Origin: Phallusia mammillata
Taxonomy: Eukaryota
Assembly (NCBI GenBank): GCA_965637545.1
Contig: OZ281497.1
Coordinates: 4,650,001-4,714,000, forward strand
DNA length: 64,000 bases
Direction: 5' to 3'
Shown here: positions 35,866 to 49,130 of the stretch, piece by piece
Position numbering within the stretch: the first letter of the stretch is position 1
How the letters are laid out: the number at the start of each line of letters is the position of its first letter
Position numbers and translations under genes: made by a program
The notes under the pieces: model-generated
Told to the model about the DNA's origin: nothing
Databases searched by the model: none
Seen by the model: only the letters and a program-made list of their open reading frames with translations

Positions 35866-38800
35866 TTAAATTGCAGCGACAGTTGCAGCATAGACTGGTT
35901 TTTTAGTTTTGAAAGAAAATGACCAGTCTTCAGTCGTTGGATCAAAAATTTCAACAGAATTCAAGCGGCTAGAACCATGCCAGCTGTCAAAAGAAGGTGA
36001 AATTAGTTAATTATTTTGGTACTAACTTAAATGAAAGTAATATCACAAGATAAACCCCAAAATGAAACTATATGCATGCATTTTATGTGGCTTAAAAGCA
36101 GTTCACCAGCCCAAACAACTTTGTCTGCACTATGACATGCTCAAAATCTCAATCTGTGGACAGACTGCAGGAAAAAAGCAAGGAAACTATATGTGTTGAT
36201 AGCTACATGTGCCTTTTTATATCACAAAGATTAAAAAAATTAAGACCTATCCTTTTAAAATTTATTGGTCTCACCCTCCAATGACAAAAATCTTGCCAGC
36301 CAATACACATGCAGATGGACAGCTGCGGGCCAAATGGAGTGATTCAACAAACAACCATTTGTTTGCCTCAGGAATGTATGTTTCCACTGTTGAGATACGT
36401 TTACCATCATCGCGACCCCCTATTCATCAAGGTATAAAACTCTCTATTACAAACTAACATTAGTTTTTAGGAAACAATTGAATACTAATCCCAAAGTATT
36501 ATTGAGTGATAATATTAGAAACTATCAAAGAGTGATAATGACATTCTAACATACAGATTAAAGTATGCTAGACCTATGCTTCTGACTAAATTCAGGATGG
36601 GTTTAAGTGGCATTCCTAATTAAGCAGGTGTCTATTCTTAGTTAAGCTACACTAGTTCAGTGGCATGTTTACCAAAACCTGACATCCACTTTATAAGATT
36701 GCCAATTGCCAATGTCATTTTTCAGAATAAATATTACATGAATAGTAAATGACATGTGCACCATGCATGCAGCCAGATTGTGTATTTAATTGGTGTTCCT
36801 TTAAAACATTACTCTAACAATATGTTTTATTTAAAACCTCAATTTTGTACCTATTGCATATATTTTTCCATCCAGTACAACAGATGCTAAACCACTTCTT
36901 GCTTCATTACGAGGTGCAATCACATTCCATTTACCACTTCTTACATCATAGCATTCACACGAGGAAAAGTGAAAAGTAGTGTTGTTGACACCACCAATGC
37001 AATAAACCATATCTAAACATACCATAAGTAAATTCTCCTAATAAAGTCCTAATCCTAGCCCTACCGAAAAAAAAAACACTCAAAATTTTAACTGTCTATA
37101 GGTGATATAGTTTGCTATTTTATGCAATTGCAATTTACTATAATTATAAAAATTGCCATTACAGTTTATTTTTTTGAATTATATTCTACCATTCAAGACA
37201 ACAGTTGCATGCACATATCTTGCTTGCCGCATGTTGCTTATGCTCATCCATTTGCTGTTCTGGATGTCAAATTCTTCACAACTTGACAAGCACTGGTGGT
37301 CATAACCTCCAGTAACATAAATCTTTTCTGAAGCAAAAATTGTCAGCATAAAATTTCCAATGATGAAAACCTACATCTCTACTCTAAATTGATCACATAC
37401 AGTAAAATGTTTTTAGACTATTACATTTTTGGGCATTTATTTTTCGTAATGTGGACCCATTATGAGCAAGCACACTCTTAGGTGGTGAATAAAAATAAAA
37501 TAATAAACATATCAGACATAATTTAGAGGCTAACTTCAAAATCACAATGACAATATTATTACCCCGACATGTACCAGATCTGCACCATTTTCGAGGTTCA
37601 AGCATGTTTGACATTGGTTTCCATCCATTCTCTAGGTCATTTAAATCTAGCAATTCACAGCTTTGGTAAGGATGACCTTCACCCTGATTATCAGCTCCCC
37701 CCACAATGTACACTCTACTCCCAACTTTCACTGTAGTAGCCGCACAACGTGGAAAATTCAGTTTCTAAAACACAATGTAGATCAAAAAGCATTGACAGTT
37801 TGACATTGCAGCTTTCATAGTCAAATTTACTGGTAAATATTTTGATGTTTTAGTGATGACATCAAAAGCCACACAATCTGTCTCTGAGTCATAGCCACCC
37901 ATTAAAAGAAATTTGTCTGCAACAACACAACTGAATTAAAATTATATCCAAAAAGGAATTTTAATAATTTACTCACGCTGACATTGTGGATATTTCAGCT
38001 GTGCAAAAGCTTTAACTAGCTTGTTGGAACATTGCAAGTTTTCTTTCACCAAACTCTGTTAAAAGAAACTTTATGAGCCATTGCTCGAGAAAATTCCAAA
38101 AAAATATTACAGAATTTAAAATGTATGTATGAATGTTATTTAGTTTTGGTACTGTGAGTTTAAACAGGGCGATAATATAGTCTGCAGAAATAAACTTGCT
38201 ATATCAGGAACACCCTATGGAAGTTACATTCAATTTGGCCATGAATTGCAAAAGTTACCCATTTTAGGAGTTAGTGGTGTAATTGTGGGGCCACATGGTA
38301 AAACTCAAAAATTAACATCTCAAAATGGCATAATCCAGGGGTGCAAAAATGCAGGCGCGGTCGCACGGCGCGACCATAAAATCGGTGTGCGCGACTGTAA
38401 TTTCTTGCCACCTAATAAGTGCTCGCACAATTGAAGAAAAAATAATTAGTGCTGGTGCAACTGACGAAAAAATTGGTTTCAGGCAACGATCTAGCAATAT
38501 TGGTTTTCCCATATAAACACGCATAGATCATCCCGCGACCAATAGGTTGATCGCATGCTGAACTTTCAAATTTGCCGCACTTTTGAAGCACTGTCGCAAT
38601 GCTATAAAAACGGCGCACAAAGTGCTGATTTTGCAATCATTGAAATAGCGTCGTCACAGTGACCGTCGTAATTAGAAGAATTGAATTACTTTATATCTTT
38701 TATAAGGAGATAGAACATTTACTCTCTCGGTATAAAATTAATTCCCATACCTCGGTGGCAGAATGTGACGTCACTCATGCAGTCCGTCACGTGTGTTTCA

Positions 38801-41800
38801 AAAATGATTTGCAACGTGCGCCCACTCAACAAAACGTTACACACGCCGCACTTACATTTCCTACGGATTCGTGGCTCACGGCGCAATTTTTAGGCAACCT
38901 GTGAAAGCACCTTTCTCGTATTCACCTTGATCGTTTTTACATTTGTTTAACTTACACCTGTGTTTTATCCAGAAAATGTTAGGCTAACAGAACTGAACGC
39001 GTATGCCACAACAAACAAGCTAACGTCTTTTTTCCAATCCTCGTATGGCGTCGAAAAACACAGATCGTACGTTATAGTAGTGTTGCAGACTTTTTTCTTC
39101 GGTGGCAATAAACGTGTGTAGGGGAAATTTTTGTCTATGGTGACGCTTTGGTGTGTAGGAATTTGATTATCCATTGTATGCCTGTTGAAAGCGTCTGATG
39201 GATTTAGCCGATCACCAAACATTCCCACATAACAAGGCACTGGGGGATTCCAACCCACGGAATTCGTTTGAAAGTTCTGGAAAAACACACTCTTACCAAC
39301 AGGCTATGCTTTGCCCTGATGCCATGCAAGGACAGAGGTTCACAACGTGCCTTAAAAAATAAACTGGTCCAGCCGTGAAAATTTACATTTTAATATATGT
39401 GGTGGCCATGAGTTGATTTAACCTTCATCATTTGTTTGCAAACAATGCTCAAAATACAGCCAGCACAAAACCTAACAAAATATAGTTAATGGCATCATAA
39501 ACAAGTAAGCTTCAAATTGTTCAGCTCAATGCATGGATTATGTTGGAAATCAGTCCGGACTTTTAGGCACTAGTAAATGGGATATTGTGAAATAAATCAA
39601 TTTTCTTGAAATCAGTAGTTTGTCAACAATTTTCTTTAGACACTTGGCAGGCTTGAGTGAAACAGTAACCTGCGATGGTGCCATTAACAGCAAAATGACT
39701 GTGCACCCCTGTACAAACTGATGCCAATTATTTTGGTTTAGCCAAGTTTATTTGTTAGTTATGAAAGGGTTTTAGCAAAATAAATTGCATCAAAACAAAC
39801 CTCAGATTGACCTCAGTGGTCTCTAGTTGATACAATTAAAGCATTTTGCTCTGGCATATATGAAGTTGGTAAGGTCATATATGTATGTGTTATTAGGCCC
39901 TACACTGTTGGTGTAGACAAGGCTAAAACACACGTGCTACTAAAAATTACGTCACGCTACCAAATTCTGAAAAATAATCGTTTTTAGCAGGCACATGAGG
40001 TAACTGACTGCAAGGCAAAACATAACAATTGAAACCTAACAATGACACATTGCACATACTGTCAGAAATTCGTCCAAATCAACCAATGTTCAGAAATTAC
40101 ACCCATTTGAGATGTAATGGGGTAAATGTGCTTACAGAGAAAAAACACATCAATAGATGATATATTATTTAAACTCTCTAAGTTTCAGCCATTTTCGGGG
40201 CTAGTGGAGTAAATACTTGGGCTATCGAGTCAAACAAAACAATCAGCACATTTACATGACCATATTATCTTCCATCTGTGAAAGTTTCATCCATAACCAT
40301 GGACAAACTTCTACGCAGAAAAAAAGGAAAAAAAACAGAGCGAAATCAAGATGTGTCACTTTCAGAGAAGGAGACTCATAATTAATACCATGGACAATGC
40401 AACGATGTTCTACAACGATATAAGTATTGTATATGGTTCACATATGATGGAACATATTGTAAATAAAAACAGCTAACATGTTAACATTGCCCAAAGATGT
40501 CATTGTAGCCTTCATTGAGTTGCTAGAACAGGCGTAGAGTTCTGTTTCATATGTTCAGTTGGCAATATAAAGAGCATGAGATTTTGTGACAAAATGATGT
40601 AACAAACAAACCACAAATTTCAAAGAGTAAACATATCGCTTCCCAATATTAGGTAGTTTTGGTGACTTAGACAGTTAAGGGGAACAAGCTTACCTCCTCA
40701 GATATCCTTGTTAGAGCATCATGTGTCACTGAAGTGAGTTGCAGTTGACAGAAAAGTGAGCCAAACAGATTTTTGCGTTGAGATTGGTTATGATTAACCC
40801 ATTGCACAATGGCTTTAAAGGAATCTTCTGCAACATGCTGTCACAAGAAAAGCATTATGTTTTCTGTGGAAGTTTTAGAAAAATATTTTAACATACTTGT
40901 TTTTTCCATGTAACGATTGTAGTCAAGTCTTTGATATCAAGTTCCAAGAAACCTTCATTATTTTGAAGTTTATTCATATTGTTAAAAATAGCTTCATATG
41001 CTTCATTCAATATCTTATTATTATTGCATTGTCGAGCAAAAATAATAGCTTTTAGGCAGTTGTCAGCTGAAATATTTTCCGAGATAAATTCAAAGCATGT
41101 TGACTCCAAAGCTATGTTTGTAAAGATATTTTGTTAAAATGCAACTAAAACATATTGACTATTCAATACAAAGAAACATTAACTACTTTGGAATTTAATA
41201 AAGTCCCAAATAGAAATCATTGGATTTTACAATGATTTTGTGCACAAAACTCCAGGTTAAAAATATATGAAAAAATATTAAATTATCTGTCAAGAAACTC
41301 AAGTTTTAATCTCCATCACAATACTTACACTTTATTTGAGCATACAATGCATCCTGTAAAACATCAAACATGTTCTCCTTGGTTAATGTAATGCTGCCAG
41401 AATAAATAAATTCAATCAGATTGCCAAGTCGCTGGTAAGGCATTTCTTTTATTTCAATAACCTTTTCATATTTTTCCTTCATCTGCAGAAAATTGTGTGT
41501 AAAAATGAAAAGTGAAATTTTAACAGCACTAATGACACAAATGATGTATTTTATGTCAGATTATTTGGTTGGATTTCTATTCCAACTGTCAAAATTCTAG
41601 CATGAGTAAATGCTTACAAAACAGTATCCCCATTTTGGTAATTGAGCAAACATGGACATGACTAGTAGGGGAGGGTTTTGAGGGTGTTTAAGGATCCATT
41701 TTATCTGAACTTATGTGTATAACTGGCTCTTGTACAACACTAACACATATTTTTCAGTAATTAAACTGAGGAACAACTTTATACGGCATAACAAAATGCC

Positions 41801-43552
41801 AGAACAATATTAAAACATAATATTCAATTTGTATTGTGGTTGTGTGTTGGTTTTATATAAGTTAGTTCCTAATTCTCATGTAAAAACACATTTCTTCATT
41901 GGGTGAGACACTGTTATAAACAGGCATTGATTTCTACTGCAACATGTCAGTGTTGTTGCTAATATGTTTTACAATTGGTCATAAGAAACTAGCACAGTAT
42001 GTTACTACAAACACAGAAAAAAATCCGCTCAAACACACTTAAAGTTAATTTAGTATGAAACAAAACCAGCAGCGTAATAGTCACAATGGCATTTTTTACT
42101 ATATTTTTACAGACTTTAAAGCAGTGACAGACAATTACGGATATGGTTTGAGTCTGTGGGTGCCAAGTTATACCATATAATTAGCTGCATGTGTAATCAG
42201 TAAGTTGGTACAGTCTGATTCAAGAGTTTTGGTAGCATGTTGTCTACTCCCCGTTTTTGCTAGTTATTTACCTTAAAAACTTAATAGTCAACTAAAGCAG
42301 CAATGAACATATGATCCACTGTGTAAACACAACCACACCTTAGAAGCTATAAATTAAACACATAGAGCAAACACAGGGTTACTGATTAATTTTATGTCAA
42401 GATGTTTGTCTGAAATCAATGCCAGTCCTTCAACACTTGACAAAGAAATTTAGAGCCAAAGTCAGGCAATTTGCAAACTTGACTTTTCAAAGGTCCTAAG
42501 AGTTGCGGGTGATGCAAAAACGTTTGTATAAAACTTGCAGTGGTAAATTTAAATCATAACAGGATCTTTATCTACCCACCTCAATTGTAAACATATTCCT
42601 AAAATAATCAGAAAACATCATTAGAACATTTTTGTGAACTTTAAACTCTTTTCCTTGTGATGTTAGAACCAAATCACATGTGGACATCTCAGCTGTGCGA
42701 TCCCTAAAACAAGAGTGATGTGATTATTTTGCAATTAAAAACCTTAAATATGAAGGTCCTCATCAGACTTAAAATATATTTGGAACATCTAAAACAGTTT
42801 AGCTAATTTTGACACAAAACCTATCACACATATTTTATAGTTGGCAATAAGTTTAAACTGTTAGACTTCTTTGATGCGAAATTAAGTAAGTGTCTTGTAT
42901 GACATAAAGATCATGCATTCGAGCAAGCGTGCCTAAGGCCCAACTTAAAAGCATAAAAGTTGGCTCGCAGTAGCCTATTCAAATATAATTGTGTTTATAT
43001 TTCATATTTGCTTTTGAAAGAGTTTATGCTTTACCCTAGTATTTATACCACGGGTTCTTGACCTGGGTTAGATTGAACCCCAGGGGTTAGGCAACGCTAA
43101 TTCAGGGGTTTGATGAAGGTCTTTAGAAGTACAAACGATTTAATTAAACTATACAGGTATATAGTTGCTAAAAATGGCAATGTTTATTTGCTAGATGGCA
43201 ATACAATGGAAGGTTGTAACTAGGTTATATTTGATATAACAAAGAACATTGTGCACATTGTTCATAAGCAGCAAAACAACGAATCTTCGTTGGCGGTAAA
43301 AACATATGGTCAAAAGCACAAAATGAGTTGGAAACCTTGGATATAACTTGTTGGGGTTTGACCAAAGGCTGAAGAATATCATAGGAGTTTTGACGTGATA
43401 AAACGGTTAAGAACCACTAACAGCAACTGATAATAAAGAACTGCACAGTCATGTTTAAAAAACTATAAATGTCATTATAAATGTACTCACTCATCCAGAA
43501 GATTTCCCAGACAAGCATAATGCCTGGTAACACGACTTGCAGTTGTATCCAT
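35866..43552 (-). CDS. Kelch-like BTB-BACK-Kelch protein, paralog 1, ~542 aa; exons 43552-43491, 42703-42580, 41482-41329, 41111-40897, 40837-40694, 38055-37977, 37916-37831, 37764-37563, 37327-37190, 37012-36851, 36419-36275, 35983-35866
   Basis: Continuous frame over 12 GT-AG exons; BTB (TCDLVL...HKNVLMMFSDYFRNMF), BACK (AIVQWV) and Kelch GG...Y/W motifs. Confidence 0.88.
38336..39711. mobile_element. Possible old hAT-like non-autonomous element in the large kelch-1 intron
   Basis: Starts caggggtgca, ends tgcacccctg, with gcgacc/ggtcgc subterminal motifs; no matching TSD. Confidence 0.35.
40070..40385 (+). repeat. Degenerate 3' part of the ~128-bp/HINE-like family
   Basis: Array-like units, atctgtgaaagtttcatcc, then terminal imperfect palindrome and gagactcataatt. 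Confidence 0.45.
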
Positions 43553-46500
43553 TAATTAACCTATCAAAACACAGTTAGCATTGTGAACAGTTAAGCACAC
43601 ATAAAGAACAACAACATAGTAGCATAATAAAAACATAGTAGCATTTATAGCGTAAACCAGGGGTGGGCAACCTTTTGTACTAAGGGGCCAAATACAATTG
43701 CCATTTTATCGCAGGCCGCACTTGTGTATAACACAGGGTGATTTTACTTTGGTGCTTACCCAATACTACACATAAAATTTGCATTTGATTCTAACCACAT
43801 ATTGTCAGATCGTATAAAAATAGCATTAGGCGCATTAATCTGCTCAAAAATATAAAATAGTTTGACTCGTTTGTCAGTACACTTTAAATCCAAGCATCTC
43901 TGCGGGCCACACAACTTTTAATCAAGGGTCGCATTTGGCCCGCAGGTTGCCCACCTCTGGCGTATACAATAAACATCCATTTTGTATCTTTATTTCCAGG
44001 TACAAAAATATTTCTCTAAATTGACAACATTGTTAATGTCGAGAAGTTTACTACAAAATTTGGGGTAAAGTGACAGCTATTTCATAATGTGACTATTTAA
44101 ACATGTGGTCTGTGTTTTTTGGTACAGCAACAAGTTTTTACATCCTGCCTTGTCATTGTTTACCATTCTGTTTCGAAAAACCTTTGCAATAGTGGAACTT
44201 CTTCATTATTGTTACCCCTAAGAACAATCAGATAAATTTTACATAACCTTATTCTGAATAACAAAACTTCTAATTAAGACATCAGGAAACTAAAAGCGAT
44301 GATCTATCTCACTCTAAAAAGTCACATTACTCTTTGCAGGTCATTGCTGCAAGGGACCCTCAAATTGCCCAGTATTTTGCAGTATTATATTTTGACTGCA
44401 TGTGATCATAAACCAAATCCTGACCTAAAAAATTGGTTCATACGTTTTTACAAAGAAATCTGTCAAAATCGGAATCGATGTGTTATATAAAGGGTTATAA
44501 GTAATAATAATATCTGTTTTTAAAACTTACATTTACTCTTCTCTTAATATGTGTTGAAAAAAAAAACGTAAATCCACCTGCCATTGGATGCAAGGCCGCC
44601 TTTTTCACAGTAGTACCATACCTTCTAAACTGTCAAATTTGACGTTTTATGACATTGAAGGGTTAAGAAGCTTATGCCCAGAAAGGAAAACAAATATATG
44701 CTTAATGGGATTGGGGAAATCACCTAAACGCACTGATAATATGCAATAGATATCATAAGTTAAATGTATTGTTTGTAAAATCTGGGTTTGTAACCTATTG
44801 TGTTGCTTGCAGAAAAAGCATGTACCCCACCCCTGATCCCCGAATCGGATGATTATATCAACTTAATGACCGTACATGTTGTTTGAGATTCCTATGTAGC
44901 TGACTATTTTAGTAAAAACCGACTGTCACAGTTATCGACTGTTTCTGCACATACTGCGGCAAAGTGCCTTGGTTTTAATTAAACCCTAATATATTGCACT
45001 AAATAAATATTTGCTAGTCTAGGCTTTCATGCTTTTAAATTACCTATTTTATACATGGAGAATAATGTGGTACAACTTGTTTAGCTTACAATTTTGAGCA
45101 TTGTGACCCATAACTTTTAGAAAATACATGGAATGATCTTTTTACATCTAATGTTTTTGCATGCTAATCATTTATTATCAAACTAGCATAGGTTTTTGCA
45201 TTTGGTGAAGCAAAATCACAAAATCTACAAATGTGCAATTGATCAAAAGCCGTAAAACAAAAACATTGCTACACAAGTGGTAATAAAAAATCAAAACATT
45301 GTTCCTCAAAGAACAAATTGATGAAAAAGCGCCTAAACTTAAAAAAAACTGTACAGCCAACAAAACACGATAAAAAAGGAGTAGACAGTAGTCTACCAAA
45401 AAAGCATAGAAAACATACAGTAACAACATGTTTTCAATCACAACACACTTTAAAAATACCATTAGGAGCATACAACTGAGCCGCAAGTTTGAAAGAACAT
45501 ATTTACAAGTGAGAATAATTGTAAGGGCATAAACTTTTTTACTCTTGAGGCTTCAATCAGTTCAAAATATTAAAAAAAAACTTTGTACTTTCTGCAAACA
45601 TTAACATGACAATTAATGATATTTCGCCCTTTACAATAGCAGTGCACATATGGATGCTGTTTGTGGGGATCAAATTGTATTGTGCATACAGTTGAATTCC
45701 ATCCTATGGTTGGCTTTGCTTCTTATCTTTTGCATGCTTGTAGTTCAGCCTTCTTTACTTTTATGGAACCCTTTGTAAAAAATTACTTTACTAAAAAAAT
45801 AAATTTACAACTATTTACAGTTGGGGTTAAAGAAAATTGTAGTATTTTACTGTTATTTTATGGACCCCTTTAAACATAAACCTTTTAAACTTTGGAAGTT
45901 TATCAATAGTATATGTGGTTTATAATTCCAAATTGCAGGCAATACTTGTAGAAAGTTAAAATGGTAATCTTTTCTACAAGCCCCTGGCATTACTGCAGCT
46001 ATTCTACATTAAAAAATATAACCTTTAATATGTTAAAGGCTTCATCCACTTGTGACCGATATCCTGTCATACTGACATCCCCCTTTCTCATATCGTTCCA
46101 CCTGCAGTAAATATAGAGCAGAGAAAAAGTTTTTTGCAGCTAAAATCACTTACAATAGGATTACTAATAAGCATACAGAAAGAATGTATAATATTATAAA
46201 AAGTGGCCCGAATCTGATGGTGCATTCTACTCACAGCATAGTATAGAATGGGTGCCTTACCTTTTTTGTTTCACTATTTTTGTACACCAAAACCATATAA
46301 ATTTTTTAATCCCTCATTGGTAATTGTTTTCTTTTTGGTATATATTTAACAAGTTTCAACAAAAGGCCTGACGCATTCCTGCAGGTTACTGCTTTTATAT
46401 TGCATAACAAGTTAGAAGTTCTATAACATTAGAATCTCAACTTAAATCAAGACCCTAGCATCCCAACTTATAATAATACCCTCTGTTGGGTGCCATTTAT

Positions 46501-48981
46501 TTTTATGTATCAGTTGGCACAGTCTTAATCACAAGAATAAACAAAAAGTAAAGAAAACAACAGTGCTTTTTACCTTTTTAGGTACTGCTCAATATAAAAA
46601 AGTGATGGAACAAACGCATCATGTTTATTGTACAATGTGGCAACTCACCTGACAAAGACCTCAAAAAATGTATTTAATTGACTTTGAAATAAGATTAGAC
46701 CCTCATCATCATTATCCCATCCCATCCATGATCGCACTGCAGTGATAGCATCAAAGTCAAAAGTCTTAGTTCTGCTTATACAATTGGATAAGAAGTTGTC
46801 CAACTGTTTTTTGCATTTTTGTTGAAATTGCTTGGTGAATCCTGGGTGTTCGATACCTACTTCCTGAAACAAATGTCACTATAAATTTCGCCCCATCACA
46901 CTAAACTCAGGTTTACCTTGTTTAAAATACAAGGATTTCTTGGAAGAAAAAATACTAAAATACTAGAATTTTCCTCTATATTGTCAGTTTATATATACTT
47001 CATCATATTTAACGATGTACAACATATACCATTTACTATATTTATAATGGATATATATTTGGCACCTACATTTCATTGGGTCCCTATCTTTTTTCTGGCA
47101 CTTTATAATATAATTGTTTCTGCAAGCATAATCTAATGGGTCCCCACACATGTGCATATGCGATTTGGTAACAGTAAAAATAGGGCACAATCATTGTTAA
47201 ACTGGAATAGTTTGTGTAGGAGATTTTTATCAATCAACAACAACTAAATTCATCAAATGTTATATAGGGGCAACATTTTTTCCTGTGGCTGGGGTCAATG
47301 CAAAGCTCCAGACAACAGAGGTTAGTGTTGATTTTTCACGGTTTCATTTTCTTCAGCGATCATTGTCTCGCGGCGGGCGAATATTGTCATAAAGATATGG
47401 CACCGATCGCGGCAGGAGGGGCCTGTCGTTAACCGCCATAAGGCGCAAAACTGCATGATACAACAATTGCATAAATAATGTTTTTAAATGATCTACAAAC
47501 ACATCTTAATTGCACAGTGCAAAAAGACTGCCTGATAGCACGGTCCAGTTATGCGCGAGGCCAAGATATTCGCTTTTCAGTGGGCAGGTTTGCGTTTTTA
47601 GCGCCCAATTGGGCTTTTTTTTTTCGACATGGAGTTGCACGTTGTTTTCACAAGATGGAAAATGGATGAGTCCAACTATTTAAACTTCTAACAAAGTTTC
47701 AACATTTTTTCCCTTATTAGCCCTTTGTTTGTTGAATTATGATTTTTAATCCGCACATAGTGTTCCCTGGCGTCGTTAAGTTTCTACATACCAACAATAT
47801 GATTGCTTAGCTGGGCTTTTTATGTCCAAAACCTCTTCTGAGACAGTTTTATTAATGCTTTCAGTTTGAGAAGTCATGTTACACAGGTGTAACAAATCAT
47901 GCTGCATTGTCGCTCAGCATTTCGAAACACAAATGAGTTGACCTACATTAACGTTTGCAGCACACTATAATTGACATTGTAACATCTTAATTCCAACCAG
48001 TGAGTAAATGGTCTGACGACTGCATGACGACTGCGTTCATGCGTGAAGTAGAGGCATTTTTTTCCATGCGCCCCTTTTTTTCACAACATATTTGGGGCTG
48101 TAAGAGTAATTACTGAGTCGATTGCACAGAAATTTTTAACAGCCAACAAGGAGCACCCCCCTCCACAGCTGTTTAAAATTTTAGCAGGTCAAGTCTTGTA
48201 TTTCTGACCTTATTACCATGTGAACAAACAAACAAATATTTGGGGGTAAAGGGGTGAAAATGGATATGTACAACTTCAAGTTACAAAGTACTTTAAAATA
48301 TGCTGCAATGTAACAATAAAAAAATATGAAACTCCAAAATCATCTGCTTTAGCAAGTATAGCTGTTTTAAAAAATTCACGTTTTGGGGGCTGTGGGTGAA
48401 CCAAGGGATCAAACGGGGTCAAATTCACATGGACAATCTTTTGACCAATATCTATAATGTGTGAAAATTTGAAAAAGTCTGAACCATTCTTTCTTGACCA
48501 AAACATGGGAACAAATCCGTGTTAGACAGAAAATATATATATATATATATATATTGGCAAAAACAATATGTGTCCTTCAGGAAAGGGGACCTATAATTAT
48601 CAGAACTAAAAACACATAGCAAGAATAGAAAACACAAGATAATAAAAAAGGCTAAATAAACTAGCACTTATCTCAATGAAACTTTAAGCATTCGAACCAA
48701 CTATTTTTTTCATGCAAAAAGTTTGCAGAACTAAAAGCAAAGTCTGTTAACACGCACATTACTAAACAAAATTACCCCGGACATTACCTCACTTCCAGAA
48801 GTAAACTTCACCACATGGAATAGAGAAAATCCCTCAACTGTGTTAGCACGCCTCTTCAAAATTTCAACTCTTGCAGGCCTAAACTGTTTTGAAAAAGCTT
48901 CAAATACTTCTGGGCAAAGATGAATAAACTCCATAACGTCATAACAAGTAAAGGGGTTAAGTGTAAAGCTCTGAGTCAAAT
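43491..48981 (-). other. Orphan spliced ORF (about 200 aa, unknown product); exons 48981-48788, 46863-46649, 46101-46023, 44624-44578, 43560-43491
   Basis: Each exon has GT-AG ends, is open, and is phase-compatible with the next (...FTSGSE|EVGIEHPG...FVR|WNDMRKG...ILK|KVWYYC...). No family recognised. Confidence 0.5.
43658..43959. mobile_element. hAT-type MITE
   Basis: TIRs caggggtgggcaacc / ggttgcccacctctg; TSD gcgtaaac / gcgtatac. Confidence 0.85.
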
Positions 48982-49130
48982 CTAAAAAAAATAAAAAAAA
49001 TTGGGAAATACAAATAGCAAAAAATTTCCTTGTCATACCTTAGTTTGCTAGTGGTGTAAACATGATTTAACTGTCTGGGCAATGATTGAACCATAGCTAT
49101 AACTCACCTTCTATAGCTATAACTCACCTA

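Noticed and set aside
41329-41482. Apparent frameshift in kelch-1 exon 3
   Set aside because: Recounting the bases gives an open frame (IEIKKCPYQRL).
43049-43419. Degenerate hAT-like MITE
   Set aside because: TIR-like ends are present but no TSD match; too decayed to bound with confidence.
49039-49095. Exon candidate upstream of the orphan ORF
   Set aside because: Its only open frame ends in phase 2 while the next exon needs phase 1.
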